This document shows positions 43,077 through 52,448 of a stretch of 64,000 nt of DNA, in pieces. The DNA is from an uncultured Eubacteriales bacterium (GTDB lineage: Bacteria > Acidobacteriota > Aminicenantia > Aminicenantales > Saccharicenantaceae). Where the stretch lies: the NCBI GenBank assembly GCA_964408215.1, contig CAYOYQ010000001.1, positions 4,059 through 68,058 of the forward strand, written 5' to 3'. The position numbers and the translations under genes are program-made. Under the pieces are notes generated by a model. It did not search any database and was not told the origin of the DNA. It saw nothing but the letters and a program-made list of their open reading frames with translations. Position 1 is the stretch's first letter, and the number at the start of each line of letters is the position of its first letter.

Positions 43077-43858
43077 CGCGGACTTTGCTCGTTCTGGGGC
43101 TCGCGACGATCGTCGCCCTGGCGTTCGTCGCGGCGCCGGCCCGGGCCGACGTCTACATGAAGCAGAAGACCCACACGGGCGCTTTCACGGTCATGGGCCA
43201 GAGCCAGCCGGAGAAAGACGAGATCATGGTCTTCTGGCTCGGCGCCGGGAAGGCCCGGACCGATACCGAGGGGAAATCGACGCTCTTCTTCGCCGACAAG
43301 AAGGTCCTCGTCGGGCTCGACCACGCCGCTAAGACCTACAGCGAGATCCCCTTGGACTTCGACAAGATGTTCGAGGGGGCCGCCGCGGCCCAGGAGCCCA
43401 AGGACGCGGAAGAGGCCGAGGCCATGAAGAAGATGCCCGGCTTCATGAAGAACATGATGAAGGGCGTCATGGGCAGCATGTCGGCCAAGGTCACAGAGAC
43501 CGGCGAGACCAAGACGATCGGGAGCTGGAAGTGCCGGAAGTACCTTATCGACATGACCATGATGGGCGGTGAGATGAAATCGGAGGCCTGGGCCACCGAG
43601 GACCTCAAGGTCGACTACAGCCTGGCCTTCGCCATGTCCAACGCCATGATGGCCGCCCAGCCTGGCTTCGACAAGATCCTCCAGGAGATGAAGAAGGTCA
43701 AGGGGGTCGTCGTCTACCAGACGGCGACGACCAAGATGATGGGCGCCGAAGTCGCCTCGACGACCGAGGTCCTCGAATGCTCGGACCAGAGCGCCCCGGC
43801 CGGGACCTACGACATCCCCGCCGGCTATAAGAAGGTCAAAGCCGGCCGGGGCAGGTAG
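43077..43858 (+). CDS. Hypothetical secreted protein (Met/Lys-rich)
   Basis: 260 aa with signal peptide ...FVAAPARA, a strong RBS and a promoter. The longer ORF from 42926 was rejected because the promoter lies inside it. Confidence 0.65.
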
Positions 43859-43884
43859 GGACCGGCCCGGCGCCGGCCTCTACC
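43854..43884. terminator. Candidate bidirectional hairpin spanning two convergent stop codons
   Basis: GGTAGGGACCGGC-CCGGC-GCCGGCCTCTACC: a 13-position stem with one mismatch and one G-U pair. It covers TAG 43856-43858 (+) and CTA 43880-43882 (-). No U-tract. Confidence 0.4.
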
Positions 43885-44869
43885 TGACGGCCGACGCCAG
43901 CCAATGCGGCATGGGCGGCCCGAGGGGCCGGACCGCGGCACCGCGGAACCCGGCCCCGTTGAGCCAGCCGCTCAGGTCCTCGTCCGAAAAAACCCAACCG
44001 TTCTCCGCCGTCAGGGCCATGTTGACGCCGAAAAGGGCGGAGAACTTCGGCCGGGTCCGGCTCGCATCCGTCATCATGTCCAGGACGTAAACGAGCCCGC
44101 CGGGCTCCAGGGCGTCGTGGGCGCGCTTGAGCAGGTCCCGGATCGCGTCCGGCTCCTCCTGATGGAGCACGCCGAAGAAAAGCACGGTGTCGAAGCCGCC
44201 CGGGAACGGCGTGACATGGTAATCGCCGGGGAGCGTGCGGACCCGGCCGGACAGGCCGGCCCGCTCGATGATCTCGGACGCGATGGCCGCGACGGGGGGA
44301 AGATCGAGGACGACGCACTCGAGGCCGGGATGGGCCTCGGCGATCAGCACGGAATAGGTCCCCGGCCCGCCGCCGACATCGAGGACCCGGCGCCGTCCGG
44401 CGAGATCGAGGCGGGGGACGACGGCTTGGCCGATGCCCATGGCCCGGCCGTGCATGGCCAGGACGAACGTCCGGGTGCGCTCCGGGTCCTCCCCCAGATG
44501 GACCTCCGGCTTTTCGACGGGCTTGCCGGTCACGGCCATTTCCTTGAGCCGGCCCCAGGCGCCGTAGACGTCGCGGTTGTAGCGGATGGCCCCGCTCAGG
44601 TCGGCCGGCGAGCCCGGGACGAGGAAGAGCGCCGCTTCGGGCGTGTTCCGGTACCGCCCGGCGTCCTTTTCGAGGAGCCCGAGGGCGACGCAGGCGTCGA
44701 GGAGAAGGCGTCCGCCGCGGCGGTCAAGACCGCAGGCCGAGGCGATGACGTCCAGATCGGAGGGGCCGCGCGCGGCCAGGGTCTTGAAGATCCCCAGGTC
44801 CGAAGCCGCGAACAGCGCGGCCGACTCGTAGAAAGCGCTGGCCATCTCGACGATCCGGTTCGGGTCCAC
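43880..44869 (-). CDS. Class I SAM-dependent O-methyltransferase (Methyltransf_2-type with dimerisation domain)
   Basis: GTG start at 44869, 5-6 nt after AAGGAGGG. SAM motif VLDVGGGPGTYSVLIAEAHPGLECVVLDLP. Confidence 0.8.
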   Translation of the reverse strand: MDPNRIVEMASAFYESAALFAASDLGIFKTLAARGPSDLDVIASACGLDRRGGRLLLDACVALGLLEKDAGRYRNTPEAALFLVPGSPADLSGAIRYNRDVYGAWGRLKEMAVTGKPVEKPEVHLGEDPERTRTFVLAMHGRAMGIGQAVVPRLDLAGRRRVLDVGGGPGTYSVLIAEAHPGLECVVLDLPPVAAIASEIIERAGLSGRVRTLPGDYHVTPFPGGFDTVLFFGVLHQEEPDAIRDLLKRAHDALEPGGLVYVLDMMTDASRTRPKFSALFGVNMALTAENGWVFSDEDLSGWLNGAGFRGAAVRPLGPPMPHWLASAVR

Positions 44870-45097
44870 GTTCCCCTCCTTGGCTATCGCCCTGATCTTC
44901 CGCGGGCAGAGGATATCAGCGCCGCTCGGGACGGTCAACCTCCGCGGGTTGACATCCGGGCGCGAAAAAGGCTACCCTTGGCCCATCGACGAGCGGGCAC
45001 ATCGGATGGGGCCAAGACCGAGCGGCACCGGTTCCTGAGTTTCTTTTTGTGCCCCCGGCCGCCGGCCGCGGCCGTTCCGGCCCCGAAGGAGGGAACC

Positions 45098-46471
45098 ATG
45101 TCCACACAGCGTCTCGGCGTTGTCAGGGTGTCGGCTCTGTGTCTCGCCGGCGCACTCGTCCTTTCCGTCGCGGCCCAGGCCCAAAGCGGCGCGGCGCCGA
45201 AGGAGCAGCGAGCCAACAAGGCGGCCAAGGTCGAAGTGACCGCTTCGGGATTTGAGCAGCAGGTCGCGTCCAAGACCGCGCCGGCCGGCCGGTCCTACTA
45301 CGTCCTCGAGACCGCCTGGACCAACATCCATCCTAAGCAGAAGGTCCGCAAGGACGATCTCGAAGGGAAGCAGGACCGGACTATGGGCGTCGGCGGGCTC
45401 ATGACCGGCGGCCAGTCAGAGAAGAAGGTCGAGTACGTCGATGCCGATGTCACTTACCTCGTGCCCTCGTTCTTCGACCACGCCTACCTCCTCGCCGACG
45501 GCGCCAGCTTCGCCCTCGATCCCTTGACGGAAAAGGTCGCGGGCGGCTATGGGCTCAAGAAGGAATTCGTCCTGCCCAAGCTGGGCGACACGAAGAAGGT
45601 CCGTTTCGTCTATCTCTTGCCGGAGGGCGCCAAGAACCTGGCCTTCCAGTTCTTCGATTATTCCTACGGCCACGTCCTCATCCCGCTCACGGGCGACCTC
45701 AAGCTCGCCGCCGGGGCCGCCGGGACGGCGCCCAAGGGGCTGGGCACGCTCAAGGACGAATACCTGGAGCTCGCCGCGGCCGCCCTCGACTTCAAGCCCG
45801 CTTACAAGGACGAGGAGGCGCCCGAAGGCTGGCGTTACGCCGTGGTCAAGCTCAACGGCAAGAGCCTGTCCAAGGGCAACATCGTCCAGGTCGAGCCGAC
45901 CGAATACATCTGGCTGGCCACCAAGGCCGGCCACATCTACTACGCGGCCGGAGGCTCGACGACCGACGAGGGCTTCATCCGTTTCACCCCCGAGTTCACC
46001 CAGAACCAGGAGGTCGCTTTCGTCGTGCCCGCGGCCGAGAAGGAGCTCAGTCTGGGGATGCGGGTCGAGAACCGAGTCTATGCCCTGGCGCTGAGCGCCC
46101 CGCCCGCCGCCGGGCCGGCCTCAGAGCCGAAGGCGGTGCACAAGGACGGCCGGACGCTGGAGGTGATGCTCTTCGGCGCCCGCCGTGAGAAGGGGCTCGT
46201 CATCCTGGACCTGGGCATCCGCTCCCTCGTCAAGAGCGGCGCCGAGATCCAGGCCGAAGTGCAGTTCATCCTCAAGGCCGGCGGCGAGGACGTCGCTTAC
46301 GACGAAGAAGCCACGGCCGCGCTGGCCCACCGTCCGCCGACGCCGTTCACCGTGCCGCCGCAGTCGTTCGTCCGCTTCGAGCTGGCTTTCGCGACCGAGG
46401 CGGCCCCCGCGTCGCTCTATTACCGCGGCTACGGGAGCGAGAAGACGTTCAGCCTGGCCGGTCTGAAGTGA
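45098..46471 (+). CDS. Hypothetical secreted protein (beta-rich, Ig-like/DUF4352-like by eye)
   Basis: 457 aa, GAAGGAGGG RBS, signal peptide ...LSVAAQAQ. The upstream 398 codons of ORF 43904..46471 are antisense shadow of the methyltransferase gene. Confidence 0.6.
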   Translation: MSTQRLGVVRVSALCLAGALVLSVAAQAQSGAAPKEQRANKAAKVEVTASGFEQQVASKTAPAGRSYYVLETAWTNIHPKQKVRKDDLEGKQDRTMGVGGLMTGGQSEKKVEYVDADVTYLVPSFFDHAYLLADGASFALDPLTEKVAGGYGLKKEFVLPKLGDTKKVRFVYLLPEGAKNLAFQFFDYSYGHVLIPLTGDLKLAAGAAGTAPKGLGTLKDEYLELAAAALDFKPAYKDEEAPEGWRYAVVKLNGKSLSKGNIVQVEPTEYIWLATKAGHIYYAAGGSTTDEGFIRFTPEFTQNQEVAFVVPAAEKELSLGMRVENRVYALALSAPPAAGPASEPKAVHKDGRTLEVMLFGARREKGLVILDLGIRSLVKSGAEIQAEVQFILKAGGEDVAYDEEATAALAHRPPTPFTVPPQSFVRFELAFATEAAPASLYYRGYGSEKTFSLAGLK

Positions 46472-46488
46472 TCGAAGAAGAGGGGACG

Positions 46489-48717
46489 ATGAAAAAGATC
46501 CTGGTTGTCCTTTTGGCCGCCGCGGTCGTCTTGACGGCCGCCGGTTGCTCCAAGAAGAAGGGTAAAGCCTCCGAAACGGCCGCTTCGGCCGAGGAAACCG
46601 GAGCGGCCCGGGTCGAGGCCGCGGAATCGACCGTCGAGGCGGATCCGGAAGCGGAGTCTCGCGCCACCCTGCCCGGGGACGGAGAGTGGCAGGACGCCTT
46701 CAAGTTCGTCCGCGATGCCATCCGGACCGAGCCCTCGCGCTTCCCCTTGAAGACGCAGGACGGTGTTGAATGGGGCCGGAGCGCCAATCCCTTGGAAAAG
46801 GCCCTTTTCCTGGCCCGCCTGCTTCAGGAGAAGGGAATGACCGTGGAGATCGCGGAGGGCGAGCTCGACGACGCGGCGGCGAAAAGGCTCCTCGGCGCGA
46901 TCTTCCCCCCGGCCAAGGCGCCGAGCTATAAGAGCGGCACGCCCATCTCCGATCCCGCCGCGGACCGGAGCCTCGTCGCCGCGGTCAAGCGCCATTTCTG
47001 GGTCCGGCTCGAGGAGGGGGACGGCTGGATCGACCTCGACCCGAGCTTCCCCTCCGCGGAGCCCGGCCGGGCCTTCGCGGAGCTGGCGGACTCGCACGAC
47101 CCGGCCGACGAGGCCCTGGGTGTGAAGGTCAGTGTGTGGGTCGGACGAAGGGTCGGCTCGTCAAGCGATCCGGAACCGGTTTTTAGATGGGACGGAACGC
47201 TGGCCGATGTGGCCAATAAGCCCGTGTCGTTGACGGTGATGACGGAATACCGCGGCGGAGAGGCCGAAGCGAAGGAAAAAGAAGAGGAGGCGGGCGGAGG
47301 CGTCGGGGGCCTCTTCGGCGGCCTCAGCGGGGGAACGTCCGGGGCGAAGAAGAAGCCGGCCGGCGACGCGGAAGCGTATCTTAAAGTCGCGCTGATGGCG
47401 GGCGAGGACGGCCTGGCCGACGGCGAAGCCGCCGCGGCGGAGGGGACGGAGATCCGGCTTAACCTCGGGATCAAGTTCGAGAGCCTGGGCGAGGTCGTTT
47501 CGTTCCCCGGAAGCGTCATCTTCAAGGCCGTCCTCGGCCGGGCCGACGCGCCTCTCTTCCAAAGGCACGCCCTGCTCATCACCGGGGACCGCATCCCCGC
47601 CTCGACCTGGAAGGACGACGTCACAGCCGTTTCCGCGGCCGACGCGCGGAGCGAGGCCAAGGCCGAAGCCGACAAGATCAGGGCCGCCCTCAAGGCCAAA
47701 AAGGCCACGGCCAAGACCCTGTCGTCGGGCGTCGAGCTCGAGGCCAGGTTGGGCAGCGACCTCGGCCACCTCATGAACATGATCTTCGCCTCGACCTCGG
47801 ACGATCAGACCGAGAAGCAGGCCGCGGCCCTGTCCGTGGCCAGCTGGTACGCCGTGCCGCGCGTCATCGTCACGTCCTTCAGCGGGAGCGGGGAGAGAAC
47901 GGAGGCGACGATCGACCTCCGCCAAGACCGGGTCGAGTCGGTGGCCCTGCCCGGTCAGGGTTGGGGCATGAGCCAGGCCTTCCAGTACGGCCGGGGGGTC
48001 ATGGAATCGATCCTCGAGGGCAAGTTATTGTCCCTGCTCACCGGCAAGCCGGCCCTGACCACGGCCTTCATCATGGAAGAGGCCGCCCGCAAGAAGGTCC
48101 CCATCCGGATGTTCTCGTCCCTCGAAATAGACCAGGTGAAGGCGCTCGGCCTGGCGCCCGAAGTCCAAGGCTTGATCGAAGGGACCCTCGCGTCTTCGGG
48201 GCGCATCGTCATGGTCCCGGAGAAACCCATCGCTTGGGAAGGGCGGCCGCGCTGGGGCTGGTGGGAGGTCGACCCGCGGACGCGGGAGACGATCGGGGTC
48301 CTCGATACCGGCCTCCACCAGGCCATGCTCGAGCACACGATCCTCCAGGAAAAGGGCGCGATGAGCACCAAGATGGGAGCGGTGCTCGGGGCCATGGTCG
48401 GGGCGGTCGACACGTATTGGCTCCTCATGGGCATGATCCTCAAGCACGGCGAGCTGACCAAGGAAGCCCTGCTCGAGGCCAAGGCCTACATGAAGGACAT
48501 CCAATCGGTCATGTGCCCGGGCTTCGAGAAGAAGATCAGTATCGAAGCCAGCGTCAACCTCATCGACATCGAGGACTGCTTCAAATACGACTTCGAGATC
48601 TACAAGGCCGAGGCCGGCGTCTCGATCAGCCAAGGCTGGTGCGATCAGTTCGCCAAGGGCTTCGCCTGCGCCTCGACCTCGATCCTCAACTATTATCTCA
48701 GCCAGTTCGAGGACTAG
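46489..48717 (+). CDS. Lipoprotein with a transglutaminase-like domain lacking the Cys nucleophile, plus a large unassigned C-terminal region
   Basis: Start MKKILVV with lipobox LTAAGC. The segment GRSANPLEKALFLARLLQEKGMTVEIAEG...RHFWVRLEEGDGWIDLDPS fits the TGase-core spacing. Confidence 0.65.
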   Translation: MKKILVVLLAAAVVLTAAGCSKKKGKASETAASAEETGAARVEAAESTVEADPEAESRATLPGDGEWQDAFKFVRDAIRTEPSRFPLKTQDGVEWGRSANPLEKALFLARLLQEKGMTVEIAEGELDDAAAKRLLGAIFPPAKAPSYKSGTPISDPAADRSLVAAVKRHFWVRLEEGDGWIDLDPSFPSAEPGRAFAELADSHDPADEALGVKVSVWVGRRVGSSSDPEPVFRWDGTLADVANKPVSLTVMTEYRGGEAEAKEKEEEAGGGVGGLFGGLSGGTSGAKKKPAGDAEAYLKVALMAGEDGLADGEAAAAEGTEIRLNLGIKFESLGEVVSFPGSVIFKAVLGRADAPLFQRHALLITGDRIPASTWKDDVTAVSAADARSEAKAEADKIRAALKAKKATAKTLSSGVELEARLGSDLGHLMNMIFASTSDDQTEKQAAALSVASWYAVPRVIVTSFSGSGERTEATIDLRQDRVESVALPGQGWGMSQAFQYGRGVMESILEGKLLSLLTGKPALTTAFIMEEAARKKVPIRMFSSLEIDQVKALGLAPEVQGLIEGTLASSGRIVMVPEKPIAWEGRPRWGWWEVDPRTRETIGVLDTGLHQAMLEHTILQEKGAMSTKMGAVLGAMVGAVDTYWLLMGMILKHGELTKEALLEAKAYMKDIQSVMCPGFEKKISIEASVNLIDIEDCFKYDFEIYKAEAGVSISQGWCDQFAKGFACASTSILNYYLSQFED

Positions 48718-48757
48718 AGGGATGAGCCGGACGGGAACACGCACGGAGGACACAGTC

Positions 48758-51064
48758 ATGAGGAACGCCCTGAAAAAGGTCTTTTGCGCAGCAGCGGTCG
48801 CCGCCGTTCTCGCGGCCGGAGCGGTCACGCTCACGGCCCAGGAGGCCGTCGAGAAGGAGCCGAACAACGCTCCGGCCCAGGCCATGGCGATCGCGCTCGG
48901 GACGACGATCTCGGGTTTCGCCAACGAGGACGAGGACGACGACTGGTACGCGCTGACCATTCCGGCGCCGGGCCTCGACGCCGTCATCCTCGAGCTCAGC
49001 GGGATCGCCGAGGTCAACCTGGTGCTGCGCTTCTGCGACGCGTCGGGCAAGACGCTCTCGGACATGGACTGTTTCGGCAGCGATGAGGGCGAAACGCTCG
49101 TCCGGCTGAGGCAAGCGGCCGGCAAGTTCCTGGTCAACGTCCACACGGACCGGGGCGGGGACACGGAACATGCCTATAAGCTCCGGGTCCGCAAGCACGA
49201 CCGGCCGCCGGCCACGCCCGAGGAGGTCCGCCAGGCCCTGGCCAAGGCGCTCGCCTTCCTGGCCTCCACCCAACTGGAGGACGGTTCCTGGTCCCACTAC
49301 GAAGTGGCCGGGGCCGGGCTGGCCACGATGGCCTTCATCGGCGGCGAGTGCGCCGGAAAGGACTATTCCGCGAACATCCGCGCTGCGCTGGGCTATCTCC
49401 GGGCCCAGTTCACCCCGGGCTCGCAGTTCCCGGCCGGCTCCGAGGAGGCGGCCATCCGCGGCGGCATGTTCGGGCCCGTCAGCTCCAAGGTCATGTACGA
49501 TCAGGCCATCGCCACCCTCAGCGTCATCGAGGCCTTCGCCGCGCTCAACGAGGCGAGCCTCGAGCCGGTGGCCGAAGAGGCGATCGGGCTCATCGTCTGG
49601 TCCCAGAACTCGGCCCAGAAGCCGGCGACGCTCAAGGGCCCTACGCCGGCCGATTCGCCCCATTACGGCGGCTGGCGCTACGAGCCCGACTACGAGGACG
49701 CGGACCTCTCGGTCAGCGCCTGGCAGGTCCTGGCCCTGCGGGCGGCCGTCAACGCCGGGTTCAGCGTCCCGGACCGGGCCTTCAAGGACGCCGCCAAGTA
49801 CGTCAAGTCGCTCAAGGGCGAAGATGGTTCGTTCGGGTACGACGGGCCGGTCGACATCGGCGATTCCTGCGCCCGGGCCGGCATGGGCGCGCTGGCCCTG
49901 CAGCTGTGCGGCCTGCCGAAGGACCCGGCCATCGCGCCCGCCATCCGGTTCATGCAGAGCTACGGCCCGGCCTGGAACTTCGAGTACCCGGGGGACGGGT
50001 ATCCGTTCTATTACTGGTACTACGGGACGCGGGTCATGTACCTCGCCGGCGGGGAGGATTGGCGGGTCTGGAAGGATTACATGTGCCGCTTCCTCGTCGA
50101 CAACCAGGAGCAGAAGGGCGGCTGGGGCGGCGCGCAGCATGAGGAATCGGATGCCCTCGAAACCTACCGGGCGGCCCTCGGGGCGCTCATGCTCGAGTTC
50201 TGCTGCGGCCATGTCCCGATCTACATGGCGGCGCCGCGGGTCAAGACGCCGGGTGAGATCCGCGTCGTCCTGGAGAAGGAGGCGGAGAAAGAGACGCCCC
50301 AGACCGTCGAGATCATCATGGACGCCTCGAACTCGATGACCGGGCTGGTCGGCAAGGAGACCAAGATCGCCGCGGCGCGGCGGGTCCTGAAGCAGACGAT
50401 CGAGGGCCTGCCGGGGACGATGAACGTCGGGCTGCGGGTCTACGGCCACCGCTATGCCACGGACGACTACGACAACGCCTGCCGCGACACCGAGCTGGTC
50501 GTGCCCGTCGGGCCGATCGACAAGGCCGCCCTCACGAACTGGGTCGACAGGATCCAGACCAAGGGCCGGACCCCGCTCGTGGCCAGCGTGCTGGCGGCGA
50601 TCAAGGACCTCGAGAAGGTCCCCAATGCCAGCATCGTCCTGGTGACCGACGGGATCGAGAGCTGCAAGGGCGACATCAGGTCGATCGCCCCGGCCATCAA
50701 AGCGACCGACCTGGCACTCGAGGTCAACATCGTCGGGTTCGATATCAAGGAAGCGGAGGGCCGGCAGGAGCTCGAGTCGATCGCCCGGTCGACGGGCGGC
50801 CGCTACATCGACGCCCGCAACGCCGGCGAGCTCGTCGCGGCCCTGGACCAGGCCCTCAAACTCGGCTTCGTCGCCCTCGACGCCGCGGGGACAGAGGCCG
50901 GTCGGGGCGTGGTCGGCGGGGATGCGGTCAAGCTGCCGCCCGGCGAATACACTATCCGCGTCCTCACCGCGCCGCAGCCGGTCGAGCTCAAGGTGACGGT
51001 CAGGTCCGGCGAGCCGCGGGAGCTGAAGCTGAAGAAGGCGGGAGGCGCCTGGACCCTGCAGTAA
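48758..51064 (+). CDS. Secreted PPC-domain / prenyltransferase-like alpha-alpha toroid / VWA (MIDAS) protein
   Basis: Start MRNALKK (GGAGGA RBS). EPNN...DDDWYAL (pre-peptidase C-terminal type). QW-like repeats LEDGSW, HYGGWRY, GEDGSFGY, QKGGWGG. VWA domain with DASNS (DxSxS) ...GRTPL...VTDG. Confidence 0.75.
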   Translation: MRNALKKVFCAAAVAAVLAAGAVTLTAQEAVEKEPNNAPAQAMAIALGTTISGFANEDEDDDWYALTIPAPGLDAVILELSGIAEVNLVLRFCDASGKTLSDMDCFGSDEGETLVRLRQAAGKFLVNVHTDRGGDTEHAYKLRVRKHDRPPATPEEVRQALAKALAFLASTQLEDGSWSHYEVAGAGLATMAFIGGECAGKDYSANIRAALGYLRAQFTPGSQFPAGSEEAAIRGGMFGPVSSKVMYDQAIATLSVIEAFAALNEASLEPVAEEAIGLIVWSQNSAQKPATLKGPTPADSPHYGGWRYEPDYEDADLSVSAWQVLALRAAVNAGFSVPDRAFKDAAKYVKSLKGEDGSFGYDGPVDIGDSCARAGMGALALQLCGLPKDPAIAPAIRFMQSYGPAWNFEYPGDGYPFYYWYYGTRVMYLAGGEDWRVWKDYMCRFLVDNQEQKGGWGGAQHEESDALETYRAALGALMLEFCCGHVPIYMAAPRVKTPGEIRVVLEKEAEKETPQTVEIIMDASNSMTGLVGKETKIAAARRVLKQTIEGLPGTMNVGLRVYGHRYATDDYDNACRDTELVVPVGPIDKAALTNWVDRIQTKGRTPLVASVLAAIKDLEKVPNASIVLVTDGIESCKGDIRSIAPAIKATDLALEVNIVGFDIKEAEGRQELESIARSTGGRYIDARNAGELVAALDQALKLGFVALDAAGTEAGRGVVGGDAVKLPPGEYTIRVLTAPQPVELKVTVRSGEPRELKLKKAGGAWTLQ

Positions 51065-51074
51065 AACAAGCAAA

Positions 51075-51123
51075 GAGAGGGTCAAACCTATTTTTTTCGA
51101 AAAAAAGTAGGTTTGACCCCCTC
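51075..51123. terminator. Long palindromic hairpin, likely intrinsic terminator
   Basis: GGGTCAAACCTA (51079-51090) pairs with TAGGTTTGACCC (51108-51119). The centre is T7-CG-A7, so either strand reads stem plus U-run. It lies 11 nt after the stop at 51064. Confidence 0.6.
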
Positions 51124-51139
51124 TTCAAGGAGGCGGGGG

Positions 51140-52363
51140 ATGAGGACCGTGACGTGGTCCGGGCTCGTGCTGCTCTTGACAGCCGGCACGGTCGGGGGCG
51201 TCGCCGATGCCCCCAAAGGCCTGCCGGCCTATGCGGACATCATGGGGGGAACCGTCGCCCAGGCCGGTCCCGGAGCGTCCCCCCTCGTCCCCACGGGCGT
51301 CTCGGCGCAGGGAGGCCAAGGGTCGGTGACCCTGAGCTGGAAGGCGTCCGCGGGCGCGACATCGTACAACGTCTATTACGCGAGGTCCGCTTCGGTCTCC
51401 AAGACAAACGGCACCAAGGTCGACGGCATCGTGGGCAGCCCTTATACGGTCAGGCGCCTCTCGGACCGGACGCCCTATTTCTTTGTCGTGACGGCCTTGA
51501 ACGCGGACGGCGAGAGCCGCGAATCGTCCTGGGTCATGGCCGCGCCGAGGGCCAAGGTCCCCAAGCCCGGGCTCGTGCGCATCCCCGCCGGGCCCTTCCG
51601 GATGGGCGACAGCCTCGACAACACGGCCTATGCGCTCCCCGTCCACACGGTCAACCTCGACGAGTTCTGGATCGACCGGTACGAGACGACCTACGCGCTC
51701 TGGAGAAAGGTCTATGACTGGGCGGTCGAGCACGGCTACGCGTTCGACAACGCCGGGCAGAACGGCTCGACCCGCCAGGGCAACGACCTGCCCGTGACGA
51801 TGGTCAGCTGGTACGATTCGGTCAAATGGCTCAACGCCCGCTCGGAGAGGGAGGGCCGGACGCCCGTCTATTACACCGACGACGACCATACGGCCGTCTA
51901 TCGCTCGGGGAACGTCGACCTCGCCGCCGCCCACGTGCGCTGGGACGCGGACGGCTTTCGATTGCCGACGGAGGCCGAATGGGAGAAGGCGGCCCGCGGC
52001 GGTCTCGCCGGCCGGCGCTACCCCTGGGGCGACGAGCTCGGTCCGGACCAGGCCAACCACAACCTGGGCGTGGCCGCGCCCGTCGGCCTGTTCGCGCCCA
52101 ACGGCTACGGGCTCTACGACACGGCCGGGAACGTCTTCGAATGGGTCTGGGACTGGGGGTCGGAGACGCAGGCCTACCATTGGGCCGCCGATGGGGCCGA
52201 GAACCCGCGCGGGCCCGACGCCAGCGACAAGGGGACGAGGGTCCGGCGCGGCGGCGGGTTCTCCTACGGCCCCCAGCACCTCAAGTGCTTCGGGCGGATG
52301 TTCCGGAAGCCGACCTACACCGCGCCCTACTTCGGCTTCCGTTCGGCCTCGCGCCGGCGCTGA
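51140..52363 (+). CDS. Formylglycine-generating-enzyme family (FGE-sulfatase / C-lectin fold) protein with an N-terminal Fn3-like domain
   Basis: AAGGAGG RBS and signal peptide. SVTLSWKASAGATSYNVYY (Fn3-like). RIPAGPFRMGD..., NVFEWVWDW, RVRRGGGF...YFGFRSA (FGE-domain hallmarks). Confidence 0.85.
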   Translation: MRTVTWSGLVLLLTAGTVGGVADAPKGLPAYADIMGGTVAQAGPGASPLVPTGVSAQGGQGSVTLSWKASAGATSYNVYYARSASVSKTNGTKVDGIVGSPYTVRRLSDRTPYFFVVTALNADGESRESSWVMAAPRAKVPKPGLVRIPAGPFRMGDSLDNTAYALPVHTVNLDEFWIDRYETTYALWRKVYDWAVEHGYAFDNAGQNGSTRQGNDLPVTMVSWYDSVKWLNARSEREGRTPVYYTDDDHTAVYRSGNVDLAAAHVRWDADGFRLPTEAEWEKAARGGLAGRRYPWGDELGPDQANHNLGVAAPVGLFAPNGYGLYDTAGNVFEWVWDWGSETQAYHWAADGAENPRGPDASDKGTRVRRGGGFSYGPQHLKCFGRMFRKPTYTAPYFGFRSASRRR

Positions 52364-52448
52364 CTTTCTTCCTGGTACCGCCCGGCCGCGCTCCGCTTTC
52401 CTATTTCGGGGGGATTCCTTTATAATCTGAGGACAAGCGAGGTCCCTC

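Noticed and set aside
51140-52448. Diversity-generating retroelement targeting the FGE-fold C-terminus
   Set aside because: No reverse transcriptase gene is in the window. By eye I found no template-repeat copy of the 3' ~130 nt of the gene, and the C-terminal codons show no Asn/AAY-rich variable-region pattern.
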